From positions 2,356 through 66,355 of the forward strand of contig CAMTUW010000010.1 in the NCBI GenBank assembly GCA_947085035.1: a stretch of 64,000 nucleotides of DNA. The letters are read 5' to 3'. The notes under the pieces are model-generated. The model made no database searches. It was not told where the DNA came from and saw only the letters and a program-made list of their open reading frames with translations. The DNA comes from an uncultured Actinomycetes bacterium (GTDB lineage Bacteria; Actinomycetota; Coriobacteriia; Anaerosomatales; PHET01). The translations under genes were made by a program, and so were the position numbers. This document shows positions 53,951-62,849 of the stretch, one piece after another (within the stretch, counting starts at the first letter, position 1; each line of letters begins with the position of its first letter).

Positions 53951-54961
53951 ATGCACTCTGACCGAATCCTGCTCGCACACGGCTCCGGTGGCACGATGAT
54001 GCGCAATCTGATCGACGAGGTGTTCGTCGTCGGTTTCGACGATGACGCCCTCTCGCGCCTCGACGACGCGGCCGCGCTCCCCTTCCCCGGCTCACGCCTC
54101 GCGTTTTCCACCGACACCTACGTCGTGCACCCGCTGTTCTTCCCGGGTGGCGACATCGGACGACTCGCCGTCTGCGGCACCGTCAACGACGTCGCGACCA
54201 GCGGAGCGACCCCGCTCTACCTCTCGGTGGGCTTCATCCTCGAGGAGGGTTTTCCCCTTGATGACCTGCGCCGCATCCTCGTCTCGATGCGCGATGCGGC
54301 CCGCGAAGCCGGAGTCCACATCGTCACCGGTGACACGAAGGTCGTCGAGAAGGGCAAGGGCGACGGCTGCTTCATCAACACCGCTGGCGTGGGCATCTTG
54401 CCCGAGGGCCTCGACCTGTCGGGCGCACATTGCCGTGCCGGCGATGTCGTGATCGTCTCCGGTACGCTGGGCGACCACGGCATCGCGATCGTGTCGACCC
54501 GCGAGGGGCTCGAGTTCTCGACCGATATCGAAAGCGATGCCGCACCGCTGAACGCGCTCGTCGCCGCGACGCTCGTCGCCGCACCGGACGCACGCTGCTT
54601 CCGCGATCCCACGCGTGGCGGGCTGGCCTCGACGCTCAACGAACTCGCCGCCTCATCAGGCGTCGGCATCACGGTCGACGAGACGCTCGTACCGGTGAAG
54701 CCGCAGGTCAGAGGCGCAAGCGAGATGCTCGGCTACGATGTCTTCCAGGTCGCCAACGAAGGCAAGATGGTCGCCGTCGTGCCCGCCGAGCAGGCCGAAG
54801 CCGCGCTTCTCGCGATGAAGGCCGCGCCTTATGGCGCAGACGCCGCGATCATCGGCGAGGTGACCGAGGGTCCGGCTGGTCGCGTGCACGTCAAGACCGC
54901 GTTCGGCGCCACCCGGGTGATGGACATGCTCGTGGGAGAGCAACTGCCGCGCATCTGCTGA
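53951..54961 (+). CDS. hypE: hydrogenase maturation protein HypE
   Basis: Trimmed to the ATG at 53951. 336 aa, PurM-like fold (LAHGSGG..), with the canonical C-terminus ..PRIC. Confidence 0.92.
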   Translation: MHSDRILLAHGSGGTMMRNLIDEVFVVGFDDDALSRLDDAAALPFPGSRLAFSTDTYVVHPLFFPGGDIGRLAVCGTVNDVATSGATPLYLSVGFILEEGFPLDDLRRILVSMRDAAREAGVHIVTGDTKVVEKGKGDGCFINTAGVGILPEGLDLSGAHCRAGDVVIVSGTLGDHGIAIVSTREGLEFSTDIESDAAPLNALVAATLVAAPDARCFRDPTRGGLASTLNELAASSGVGITVDETLVPVKPQVRGASEMLGYDVFQVANEGKMVAVVPAEQAEAALLAMKAAPYGADAAIIGEVTEGPAGRVHVKTAFGATRVMDMLVGEQLPRIC

Positions 54962-55036
54962 GTCACCCTCTTGGGGAGAGACCGAAAGCGCTCCTGAAGT
55001 GGTAGATTCCTTGTGGCCACGGCTCAAGGAGGCACC

Positions 55037-55918
55037 ATGACTCAGTTCGATGCGACGCCCGCCGCCGCTATCGAGGTTGACGGCCTTTGCTACAGCTACG
55101 GCGACCTCGAGGCCGTCAAAGACGTGAGCTTCGGGGTGCGTCCGGGTGAGATCCTCGGGTTTCTCGGGCCCAACGGTGCCGGGAAGTCGACCACCATCAA
55201 GATGCTGACCGGGCAGCTCACCCCGAAAGGCGGCACGGCTCGAATCCTGGGCCGCGAGATCGGTCACGACGATCCCGAGATCCAGGCCCGCATCGGGGTG
55301 TGCTTCGAGGAGAAGAACCTCTACCTGAACATGACGGCGCTTGAGAATCTGGATTTCCATGCGTCGTTGTTCGGCATCAAGCGCCCGGACTCGATGGAGA
55401 TCCTGCGCCGCGTCGGTCTCGCCGATCGAGCGAAGGACCGGGTGTCCACCTTCTCGAAGGGCATGCGCCAGCGCATGATGATCTCGCGTGCCTTCATCAA
55501 CCAGCCAAGCATCCTGTTCCTCGACGAGCCGACCGACGGGCTGGACCCGGTGACCTCGGCGGCCATCCGCACGACCATCAAGCAGGAAGCCGAGCGCGGA
55601 GCGGCGGTGCTCCTCACCACACACGACATGTTCGAGGCCGATGCGCTCTCTGACAGGGTCGCGTTCATCAACGAGGGCCGGATCGTCGCGATCGACACCT
55701 CCGAGAACCTCAAGCTCAAGTACGGCAAGCGCTCAGTGAAGATCCGTCTGCGTGACGGTGAGGGCGTACGCGAGGAGCACATTCCGCTTGACAGCGACGA
55801 CACCTCCGGCCGCCTGGCCGAACTGGCAGCCTCGCCCGATCTCCTGACGATTCACACCGAGGAGGCCACCCTCGAGGCGATCTTCATCGAGCTCACGGGC
55901 AGGGGGCTGGCGGGATGA
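55037..55918 (+). CDS. ABC transporter ATP-binding protein (ABC-2/DrrA-like)
   Basis: Trimmed to the ATG at 55037 (AAGGAGG upstream). Walker A GPNGAGKST, signature FSKGMRQR, Walker B ILFLDEPT. Confidence 0.88.
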   Translation: MTQFDATPAAAIEVDGLCYSYGDLEAVKDVSFGVRPGEILGFLGPNGAGKSTTIKMLTGQLTPKGGTARILGREIGHDDPEIQARIGVCFEEKNLYLNMTALENLDFHASLFGIKRPDSMEILRRVGLADRAKDRVSTFSKGMRQRMMISRAFINQPSILFLDEPTDGLDPVTSAAIRTTIKQEAERGAAVLLTTHDMFEADALSDRVAFINEGRIVAIDTSENLKLKYGKRSVKIRLRDGEGVREEHIPLDSDDTSGRLAELAASPDLLTIHTEEATLEAIFIELTGRGLAG

Positions 55919-57162
55919 GCCGCCCGGTCTCGCGCAGGGCCATCATCGGTGCGCTGCTCAAAAAGGAGCTCATCGCCTACTCGCGCGACACGCTCTACCT
56001 GGTGCTGACGGCGATGACTCTGATCCTGGTCTTCGTGCTGTTCTGGGTCCTGCCCGACTCGGTCGACGAGACGATCACGTTGGCCGTTTCACCTCCCGTG
56101 AAGACCCTCGTGAGCGAGGGCGAGAGTTCGCTCAGGGCGCTGGGGGCGACCGAGGAGCAGCTCGCCCGGCTCGACCAGGCCGACCTCACACGAAAGCAGC
56201 CGGGGCTGGACCTCGTCGAGTTCGACCGGGAAGCGGACATGGCGGCCGTCATCGAAGGCAGACTCGAGGCCTGGCGCACAGACGACGGCGAACTCATCTT
56301 GCGCGACCCCGCCACCGGCGAGAAGAAGCCCGAGGGCGCCACGCGGCTTGTCATCGACATCGGCATCGCGTTTCCCGCGCGCTTCATCGGCGAAGTGGCC
56401 GCGGGTGCGCGCGACGTCCGGGTGACGGTCTATTCAGACGCGACTGTCCCCGAGGAGATACAAAGCGCGATGAAGAGCTTCATACGCGAGGCGGCCTACC
56501 AACTGGCCGGCGCGAAAGTACCGGTCACGATGTTGGATGAGACTTCACTCGTGCTGGGAACCGATCGCGCAGGAGACCAGATCTCCATGCGAGACAAGAT
56601 CGTTCCGCTGCTCGCGTTCATCATCTTGCTGATGGAGACGTTCTCGATGTCGTCTCTCATCAGCGTCGAGGTGCTCCAGCGTACCGTCTCGGCCGTGCTC
56701 GTGACGCCCGCGCGGGTCTCAGACCTTCTGGCCGCCAAGACGATCTTCGGCACGGGCCTCGCCTTCGGCCAAGGCATTATCGTGCTCGCGCTTCTCGGTG
56801 CCTTCACGGCCTCGAACTGGCCGGTTCTCGTGCTGACCATGCTGATCGGCGCAACGATGTTCACCGGCGTGGCCATGATCGTGGGTGCCGCCGGAAAGGA
56901 CTTCATCGGTCAGCTGTTCTACGCGATGCTCTTCACGATGCCGCTTCTCATCCCGGCGGTGTCGATACTGCTTCCGGGCTCGACCGCCGCCTGGGTCCAG
57001 GTCCTCCCCACGTACCCGATCATCGAGGCCCTGGTAGGCGCCACCGTCTACGACCAGACGCTCGCCCAGCTGTGGCAACCGCTCGCCTACGGTGCGGCAT
57101 GGCTCGTCGTCTTATACGGGACAGGGCTCGTCACACTGAAGCGGAAGGTGGAATCCTTATGA
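55915..57162 (+). CDS. ABC-2 type transporter permease with a large extracytoplasmic loop
   Basis: 415 aa. It overlaps the ATPase stop by 4 nt. One N-terminal TM, a loop of about 180 aa, then five TM helices. Confidence 0.7.
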   Translation: MSRPVSRRAIIGALLKKELIAYSRDTLYLVLTAMTLILVFVLFWVLPDSVDETITLAVSPPVKTLVSEGESSLRALGATEEQLARLDQADLTRKQPGLDLVEFDREADMAAVIEGRLEAWRTDDGELILRDPATGEKKPEGATRLVIDIGIAFPARFIGEVAAGARDVRVTVYSDATVPEEIQSAMKSFIREAAYQLAGAKVPVTMLDETSLVLGTDRAGDQISMRDKIVPLLAFIILLMETFSMSSLISVEVLQRTVSAVLVTPARVSDLLAAKTIFGTGLAFGQGIIVLALLGAFTASNWPVLVLTMLIGATMFTGVAMIVGAAGKDFIGQLFYAMLFTMPLLIPAVSILLPGSTAAWVQVLPTYPIIEALVGATVYDQTLAQLWQPLAYGAAWLVVLYGTGLVTLKRKVESL

Positions 57163-58223
57163 GCTTCGCGCATGTGTGGACGGTGCTTCGCAAGGACTTC
57201 GCGATAGGCCCGCGCTCGCCATTCTTCCTCTACACCATCATCTTGCCGGTCGCGCTGACGCTCATTCTGCAGGTGACGTTCGGCTCCCTGTTCGCCCCTC
57301 ATCCCCGCATGGGAATCGTCGACGAGGGGAGCTCGGCGATCACGGCGGCCATCAGGGCCACAGAGGGCATCGACGTCACGATGCTCGGCGATGCCGAGGA
57401 GCTCAAGCGGCTGGTCGAGGGCAACGACCTCGACGCGGGGCTCATCCTCCCCGTCGGCTTCGACAAAGCGCTGAGAGGCGGCGAGCAGCCCTTGCTGCAG
57501 TTCTTCGTCGGCGGTCAGAGCCATGCCGCCAACCGGATCGTGCTGAGTGTCACCGCACTGGATGCGGTTCGCGGGGTCGAAGGTGGGCCGACGCCCGTCG
57601 ACGTCAGAATCGTGACCTTCGGGGACAAGGGGTTGCCGATGTCGATTCGCCTCGTACCGGTCATCGTCTTTTACGCGCTCGTGATGGCGGGAGTCTTCTT
57701 GCCCGGTTCGAGTCTGGTCGAGGAGAAGGAGACCGGCACGCTCGCGGCGATGCTCGTCACGCCTCTGCGCATGCGCGAGATCCTGCTCGCCAAGTGGACG
57801 TTCGGGGTCGTGCTCGCCACCGTGATGAGCGTGGCGACCCTGCTGCTGAACGGCGCGCTCGGCTCAAGGCCGATCGAGGTCTTTCTCGTGGTGCTGATGG
57901 CGGCTGGGCTCTCTGCGATGATCGGGCTTCTCGTTGGCGTGGTCTCCAAGGACTCGACGATGCTTTTCGGCCTGATCAAGGGGGCCGGGATCGTGCTCTT
58001 CGCGCCGGTGCTCTTCTACCTGTTCCCCGCTTGGCCGCAGTGGATCGCGAAGCTATTCCCGCTGTACTGGGTCATCGAGCCGATCTGGCGGGTCTCGATC
58101 ATGGGCGAGTCGATCACGACGGTGTGGTTCGAGATGGGTGTGGCGCTGGCGATCACCGTCGCCCTCGTGCCGGTGACCCTTACGCTCGCACGCCGCATGC
58201 AGACACACGCGGCCAACCGATGA
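57159..58223 (+). CDS. ABC-2 type transporter permease (second subunit)
   Basis: Trimmed to the ATG at 57159 (ATGA overlap). 354 aa with the same topology as the preceding permease. Confidence 0.7.
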   Translation: MSFAHVWTVLRKDFAIGPRSPFFLYTIILPVALTLILQVTFGSLFAPHPRMGIVDEGSSAITAAIRATEGIDVTMLGDAEELKRLVEGNDLDAGLILPVGFDKALRGGEQPLLQFFVGGQSHAANRIVLSVTALDAVRGVEGGPTPVDVRIVTFGDKGLPMSIRLVPVIVFYALVMAGVFLPGSSLVEEKETGTLAAMLVTPLRMREILLAKWTFGVVLATVMSVATLLLNGALGSRPIEVFLVVLMAAGLSAMIGLLVGVVSKDSTMLFGLIKGAGIVLFAPVLFYLFPAWPQWIAKLFPLYWVIEPIWRVSIMGESITTVWFEMGVALAITVALVPVTLTLARRMQTHAANR

Positions 58224-58258
58224 GGGAGACGCCGCGGGGTGGGTGATAGACTCGCCCG

Positions 58259-59215
58259 ATGACTGTCGACGTCGCCATCGATTCCCGCGCACGCCTCATC
58301 GGCTTGGGCCGCATCGCACTCGCGGGCCTGATCTGGGGCTCGATTCCCCTCGTGTTGCGCTCGGCCGACGGCGCATCGGTCGTCAAGGTGTTCTTCCGAG
58401 TCTTCTTCGCGTGGCTCGTCATCGGCGGATGGATGCTCGCCCAGGGTGGATGGCGAGAAGTACTCGGGCTGACGCGCGCCAAGTTCTTGCAGGTCGTCGG
58501 GCAGGGCCTCATCCTCACGCTCAACTGGTTCCTCTTCCTGACCGCCCTCGACATGACCACGGTGGCCACAGCCGCGTTGCTCGCCTACACGGGCCCCGTC
58601 TTCGTAGCGGCCCTCGCCTTCTACGTGACCGGTGAGCGGTTCGACCGCCGCATCGTGCCACCTCTGGCGCTCGCCGTTCTGGGAATCGTCGTCGTCTTGG
58701 CGCCGCACGGACTCGATGTTGGGAGCCGTCGCGAGCTCATCGGCGCGGTACTCGCGTTTTGCTCCGCACTGACGTACGCGGTACTGCTTCTGCGCTCCAA
58801 GAAGATATTGCGCGGCATCTCGAGCGGTGCGCTCATGTTCGTCGAGTACGCGACCGCATCGATCGTGCTCACCCCGTTCGTCGTCGCGGCGTATCTGCGT
58901 GGCGACGTGCCCAGCTCGCCCGGGGCGTATGCGGCGCTCGTCTCGCTCGGCGTGATCCACACCGCGTTCGCTGGCTTCCTCTTCCTGGGCGGCCTGCGAC
59001 GGGTGCGCACCGATCACGCCGCGATTCTGACCTACGTCGAGCCGATCGCCGCGATCCTCATGGCGGCGGCCTTCCTCTCGGAGGCGCTCTCGTGGACGAC
59101 GATGGTCGGCGGCGCGCTGGTCATCGGCGGCGGGGTGCTCGTCGCCCGCATGGATTCGCGAGATGGTGTCGAGACCGTGCCGCTCGAAGCCGCCGGAAGC
59201 GAGGAGCAGCGGTGA
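58259..59215 (+). CDS. EamA/DMT-family transporter
   Basis: 318 aa with about 10 TM helices in two EamA-like halves (LIWGSIPLVLR..; ..LGVIHTAFAGFLFLGGL). Confidence 0.75.
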   Translation: MTVDVAIDSRARLIGLGRIALAGLIWGSIPLVLRSADGASVVKVFFRVFFAWLVIGGWMLAQGGWREVLGLTRAKFLQVVGQGLILTLNWFLFLTALDMTTVATAALLAYTGPVFVAALAFYVTGERFDRRIVPPLALAVLGIVVVLAPHGLDVGSRRELIGAVLAFCSALTYAVLLLRSKKILRGISSGALMFVEYATASIVLTPFVVAAYLRGDVPSSPGAYAALVSLGVIHTAFAGFLFLGGLRRVRTDHAAILTYVEPIAAILMAAAFLSEALSWTTMVGGALVIGGGVLVARMDSRDGVETVPLEAAGSEEQR

Positions 59216-59282
59216 TGTCATCGTTCGGGAATACACTTCGGGTACGACGACACAGGAAGCTCGCCTGACGAGAGGTGCGAGG

Positions 59283-60890
59283 ATGACGCATCCCCGATTC
59301 GCTTTCGCCGATGACGCCGTCACGCGCATCGCAGCGCGTGACGGTTCGCTGTTCGCCGACGACCCCCTGGTGGCTGCCGACGTCGCCGCGTTCATGGGCT
59401 GGACCGACCTCGCCGAACAGGCCGCCAGCGTGCTGCCCGCCATCGAGCAACTCGTCGGCGAGGTGCGTGCCGAAGGGCTCACCGACGTGGTGTTGCTCGG
59501 CATGGGCGGCTCCTCGCTTGCAACGCTCGTCATGGGAGCGATTCTTCCCGGCGATGGCCCGCGACTGCACGTGCTCGACACGACCTCGCCTGTCACGGTC
59601 GCGCGAGCGCTCGCAGCGACGGATCCCGCGACCACGATTCACCTCGTGTCCAGCAAGTCCGGTGGCACGATCGAGCCCAACGCGTTGTACGCGATCTTTC
59701 GCGCGCGGGCCGACGAGTCGCTGGGCCGCGAAGCCGCCGGACAGCGCTTCATCGCGATCACGGATCCCGGATCGGCGCTCGAGCGGCTGGCCGCCCACGA
59801 GGGGATGCGCGCCTGCGTGCTCGCGCCGCCCGCTGTCGGAGGCCGCTACTCAGCCCTCACCGTGTTCGGACTGGTGCCGACGGGGCTTCTCGGCGTCGAT
59901 GTGCGGCGGCTCGTGGAGAGCGCACTCGAGGTCGAACGCAGGTTCACGCAAGGACCGGGAGACACCGATCTCGCCGACTTCATCGCGACAGCTCACGCGC
60001 GCGGCATCGACAAGCTCTCCATCGTCGCGCCACCCGAGCTGCACGTGTTCGGCCTGTGGATCGAACAGTTGGTCGCCGAATCGCTGGGCAAGATGGGTCG
60101 CGGAATCGTGCCTGTCATCGAGACCCGCACGCTCGATACCGTGCGAGGAGACCAGGCGATCGTGGTGCTCGAGCGCGCTGGCGATGCGCCCGCGGTGCTT
60201 GGCTGTGCACCCGAGACGCCACTGCTGACGATGACGCTGACGGATCCACACGATATCGGTGGCTGGTTCGTGCTGTGGGAGTACTCGGTCGCGCTGGTCG
60301 GCCTCGCGCTGGGAGTGAATCCTTTCGACCAGCCCAACGTCGCCGAGGCCAAGGCCGCGACGAACGCGGTGCTGGAAGGTTCGATCGACGCCGAGGCGCC
60401 CCATGCTGTGACCGACGGGGTCCGCCTGATGTTCGGCGGAGGACTCGAACCGCCCCCACAGCCTCAGCTCGACCTCCGAGTCGCTGTGAGACACGCGCTT
60501 CAAGCGCTGAGACCCGGCGATTACCTGGTGCTTCTCGCCTACCTGCCCGACGATGAGGCGATCCTCGCGCCGTTGCGTGACGCCATGGCTCTCGCGGGAC
60601 GTGACGCAGGGGTGTCAGCCTGTTTCGAGCTGGGGCCGCGCTACCTGCACTCGACCGGACAGCTGCACAAGGGCGGTCCGAACACCGGCGTCTTCGTGAT
60701 GGTGACCACGCGAGACGCGACAGACATAGAGATCCCGGGGTGGCCCTTCGGTCTGCGCGCGCTTCACGCGGCACAGGCCGAAGGAGACCTCACCGCACTC
60801 ATGGCACACGGGCGACGGGTGTTGCGGCTCGATCTCCCGGACGCAAGCCCCGTATCGATCGCCGCCGTGGTTGCCGCGCTGCACGACTGA
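59283..60890 (+). CDS. pgi: glucose-6-phosphate isomerase family protein (SIS domains; the type found in Tal-Pgi fusions)
   Basis: Trimmed to the ATG at 59283. Motifs: DVVLLGMGGSSLA, VSSKSGGTIEP, GGRYSALT and a PGI-like C-terminus. Confidence 0.7.
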   Translation: MTHPRFAFADDAVTRIAARDGSLFADDPLVAADVAAFMGWTDLAEQAASVLPAIEQLVGEVRAEGLTDVVLLGMGGSSLATLVMGAILPGDGPRLHVLDTTSPVTVARALAATDPATTIHLVSSKSGGTIEPNALYAIFRARADESLGREAAGQRFIAITDPGSALERLAAHEGMRACVLAPPAVGGRYSALTVFGLVPTGLLGVDVRRLVESALEVERRFTQGPGDTDLADFIATAHARGIDKLSIVAPPELHVFGLWIEQLVAESLGKMGRGIVPVIETRTLDTVRGDQAIVVLERAGDAPAVLGCAPETPLLTMTLTDPHDIGGWFVLWEYSVALVGLALGVNPFDQPNVAEAKAATNAVLEGSIDAEAPHAVTDGVRLMFGGGLEPPPQPQLDLRVAVRHALQALRPGDYLVLLAYLPDDEAILAPLRDAMALAGRDAGVSACFELGPRYLHSTGQLHKGGPNTGVFVMVTTRDATDIEIPGWPFGLRALHAAQAEGDLTALMAHGRRVLRLDLPDASPVSIAAVVAALHD

Positions 60891-60912
60891 ACTTCGTGAG
60901 CGGACTTGCATA

Positions 60913-60952
60913 CATAAGGACATTCAGATATGCTCATATATATTCCTTCATG
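60913..60952. promoter_or_regulatory. nested inverted repeat in the AT-rich arsR upstream region (candidate ArsR-type operator/promoter)
   Basis: CATAAGGA-cattcag-ATATG-CT-CATAT-atat-TCCTTCATG. The inner repeat is a perfect 5-2-5 palindrome (60928..60939); the outer arms are imperfect. It ends about 27 nt before the arsR ATG. Confidence 0.4.
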
Positions 60953-60978
60953 TGAGCCAGCGTGGCCGGAGGCGCACC

Positions 60979-61314
60979 ATGAACGATGAGTTCTTCTGCA
61001 TGCACTCTGAGCTCTGCAAGACACTCGCTAACGACAAGCGTCAGATGATCATGAGTGCCCTGCGCGAAGGCGAGCGGACCGTCTCTGATCTCGTCGAGAT
61101 GACCGGACTCACGCAGTCGAACCTCTCGCAACACCTTGCACGCATGCGCGCGAACCATGTCGTGTGTGCGCGCCGCTCTGGGGTCAACATCCACTACTCG
61201 ATCGCGAATCCGAAACTCATACAGGCATTCGACCTCATCACCGAGGTCATGCAAGAAGCCATGGACGAACGCGCGAATGCGGTCGAACCGCGTAAGGAGG
61301 AGGATGCGTCATGA
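60979..61314 (+). CDS. ArsR/SmtB-family transcriptional regulator
   Basis: Trimmed to the ATG at 60979 (GGAGG upstream). 111 aa. Motifs: ELCKTLANDKRQMIMSAL and VSDLVEMTGLTQSNLSQHLARMR (wHTH). Cys at positions 7, 13 and 63. Confidence 0.85.
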   Translation: MNDEFFCMHSELCKTLANDKRQMIMSALREGERTVSDLVEMTGLTQSNLSQHLARMRANHVVCARRSGVNIHYSIANPKLIQAFDLITEVMQEAMDERANAVEPRKEEDAS

Positions 61315-61844
61315 CAGACGTCTCTGCACAGATGAACCAGGTGGCGGCGGTCGCCGAAGCCACAGGCTCCGCACCGAAGAAACTCACGCTGGTGGTGATG
61401 AGCGGCGACATGGACAAGCTCTTCGGCGCCTTCATCATCGCCACAGGTGCCGCTGCGATGGGCTTTGACGTGGTCATGTTCTTCACCTTCTGGGGATTGC
61501 GCGCCCTGAAGCGCGCGGATGCCAGAACAGGCAAGACGTTCTTCGGTCGCATGCTCGGCATGATGTACGGCGGGGGCATCGAGAAGGCCAACCCTTCCAA
61601 GTTCAGCTTCGGGGGTATGGGCCGCTGGATGTTCGGCAAGATGATGGGCTCTCACAACGTGGCCACGCTGGTGGAACTGCGCGATCTCGCGGTGGCGCTC
61701 AACGTGCGCATGTACGGCTGCCAGATGTCGATGGATGTCATGGAGATACCACAGGACACGTTCGTGAAGGGTGTGCGGGAGCCCGTGGGCGTCGGCTTCA
61801 TGCTCGCCGAGGCGGAGACGTCCAAGGTCCAGCTCTTCATCTAG
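61311..61844 (+). CDS. DsrE2-like (DsrE/DsrF/DrsH-like family) sulfur-relay protein
   Basis: 177 aa. ATGA overlap with the arsR stop. Motifs: KKLTLVVMSGDMDKLFGAFIIATGAAAMG..VMFFTFWGL and a conserved Cys in VRMYGCQMSMD. Confidence 0.7.
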   Translation: MTDVSAQMNQVAAVAEATGSAPKKLTLVVMSGDMDKLFGAFIIATGAAAMGFDVVMFFTFWGLRALKRADARTGKTFFGRMLGMMYGGGIEKANPSKFSFGGMGRWMFGKMMGSHNVATLVELRDLAVALNVRMYGCQMSMDVMEIPQDTFVKGVREPVGVGFMLAEAETSKVQLFI

Positions 61845-61876
61845 ACACGATCAAGCCGAGAAGAAGGAGAATCACC

Positions 61877-62116
61877 ATGAGCGATCTCACCCCCGATCTG
61901 GAGCTGGACCTACGCGGGTTGCTGTGCCCGATGCCGATGGTCAAGGTGTCCCAGAACATCAACAACGTGCCCGTAGGTGGAGTCATACGCGCCATCGCGA
62001 CCGACGCAGGCGCCATGGCCGACATCCCGGCCTGGGCGAAGTCGACAGGTAACGATGTCCTCCAGGCAGAGAAGGTCGAGGGCGAGTACGTCTTCTTAGT
62101 CAAGCGCGTGAAGTAG
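61877..62116 (+). CDS. tusA: TusA/SirA-family sulfurtransferase
   Basis: 79 aa. AAGGAG upstream. Canonical LDLRGLLCPMPMVK motif. Confidence 0.88.
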   Translation: MSDLTPDLELDLRGLLCPMPMVKVSQNINNVPVGGVIRAIATDAGAMADIPAWAKSTGNDVLQAEKVEGEYVFLVKRVK

Positions 62117-62123
62117 GCTGGAG

Positions 62124-62846
62124 ATGGACACCTTCTCCTTCATCGCGTCCGCGCTTCTGGTATACGTCGCGCTCACCGTCTTCACGCTGGGCATGGCGTG
62201 GCGTGTGTGGCAGTGGACACGCACGCCAAAGTCGCCCGTTCGTCTGGCGATGTATCCGAAGCCGAAGAGTGGCGCCGGGCGCCTGGCGAAGCTGCTCAAA
62301 GACACCTTCGTCGCCCCGCAGAGTTTCGCGATCGCGCCCGGCGTCATGATCGCCGCGATGGCGTTTCATCTGGCCGCACTGGCCGCGTTCGTTGGTCACT
62401 TGCGGCTCGTGCGCGAGTTCACGCCTCTTGTCGCGCTCTGGGGCGACGCGGGCATGGCCCGGTTCGCCGCATGGTCCGGCGGCACCGCTGGTCTCGTGAT
62501 GATGCTCGCCACGTTCTACTGGATCGGACGGCGCACCTTCGGCCCGTATCGCAAGCTCTCGACTCCCGAGGACTACCTACTACTCTTCTTGCTCCTCGGC
62601 GTCATCCTCATGGGCAACCACATGCGCTTCGTCGGTCACATACCGGGGCCGGTCTACATCGAGTGGTTCCAAAGCGTGCTCGCCTTCCGGCCAGCGTTTC
62701 CACCGGAACTCGCAAACTCGAACACCAGATGGGTGCTTGACGCACACATGCTCTTCGTCAACGCGCTCTTGATCTACTTTCCGTTCAGCAAGCTCACGCA
62801 CGCGATCGGCGCGTTCGCGACGAACCTCGTCAGGACGGGTGAATAG
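62124..62846 (+). CDS. NarI-fold membrane cytochrome b subunit, DsrM/HdrE/HmeC-like
   Basis: 240 aa with about 5-6 TM helices and conserved His in TM helices (MAFHLAALAAFVGHLRL; GNHMRFVGH). It sits immediately upstream of a DsrK/HdrD-like gene. Confidence 0.65.
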   Translation: MDTFSFIASALLVYVALTVFTLGMAWRVWQWTRTPKSPVRLAMYPKPKSGAGRLAKLLKDTFVAPQSFAIAPGVMIAAMAFHLAALAAFVGHLRLVREFTPLVALWGDAGMARFAAWSGGTAGLVMMLATFYWIGRRTFGPYRKLSTPEDYLLLFLLLGVILMGNHMRFVGHIPGPVYIEWFQSVLAFRPAFPPELANSNTRWVLDAHMLFVNALLIYFPFSKLTHAIGAFATNLVRTGE

Positions 62847-62849
62847 GCC

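Noticed and set aside
55003-55008. Extended -10-like TGGTAGATT upstream of the ABC-2 transporter operon, plus other isolated -10/-35-like hexamers (for example TATATT near 4085 and GATAAT near 41403).
   Set aside because: A single hexamer match without a well-spaced partner element or conservation data is not sufficient support, so I did not report these as features.
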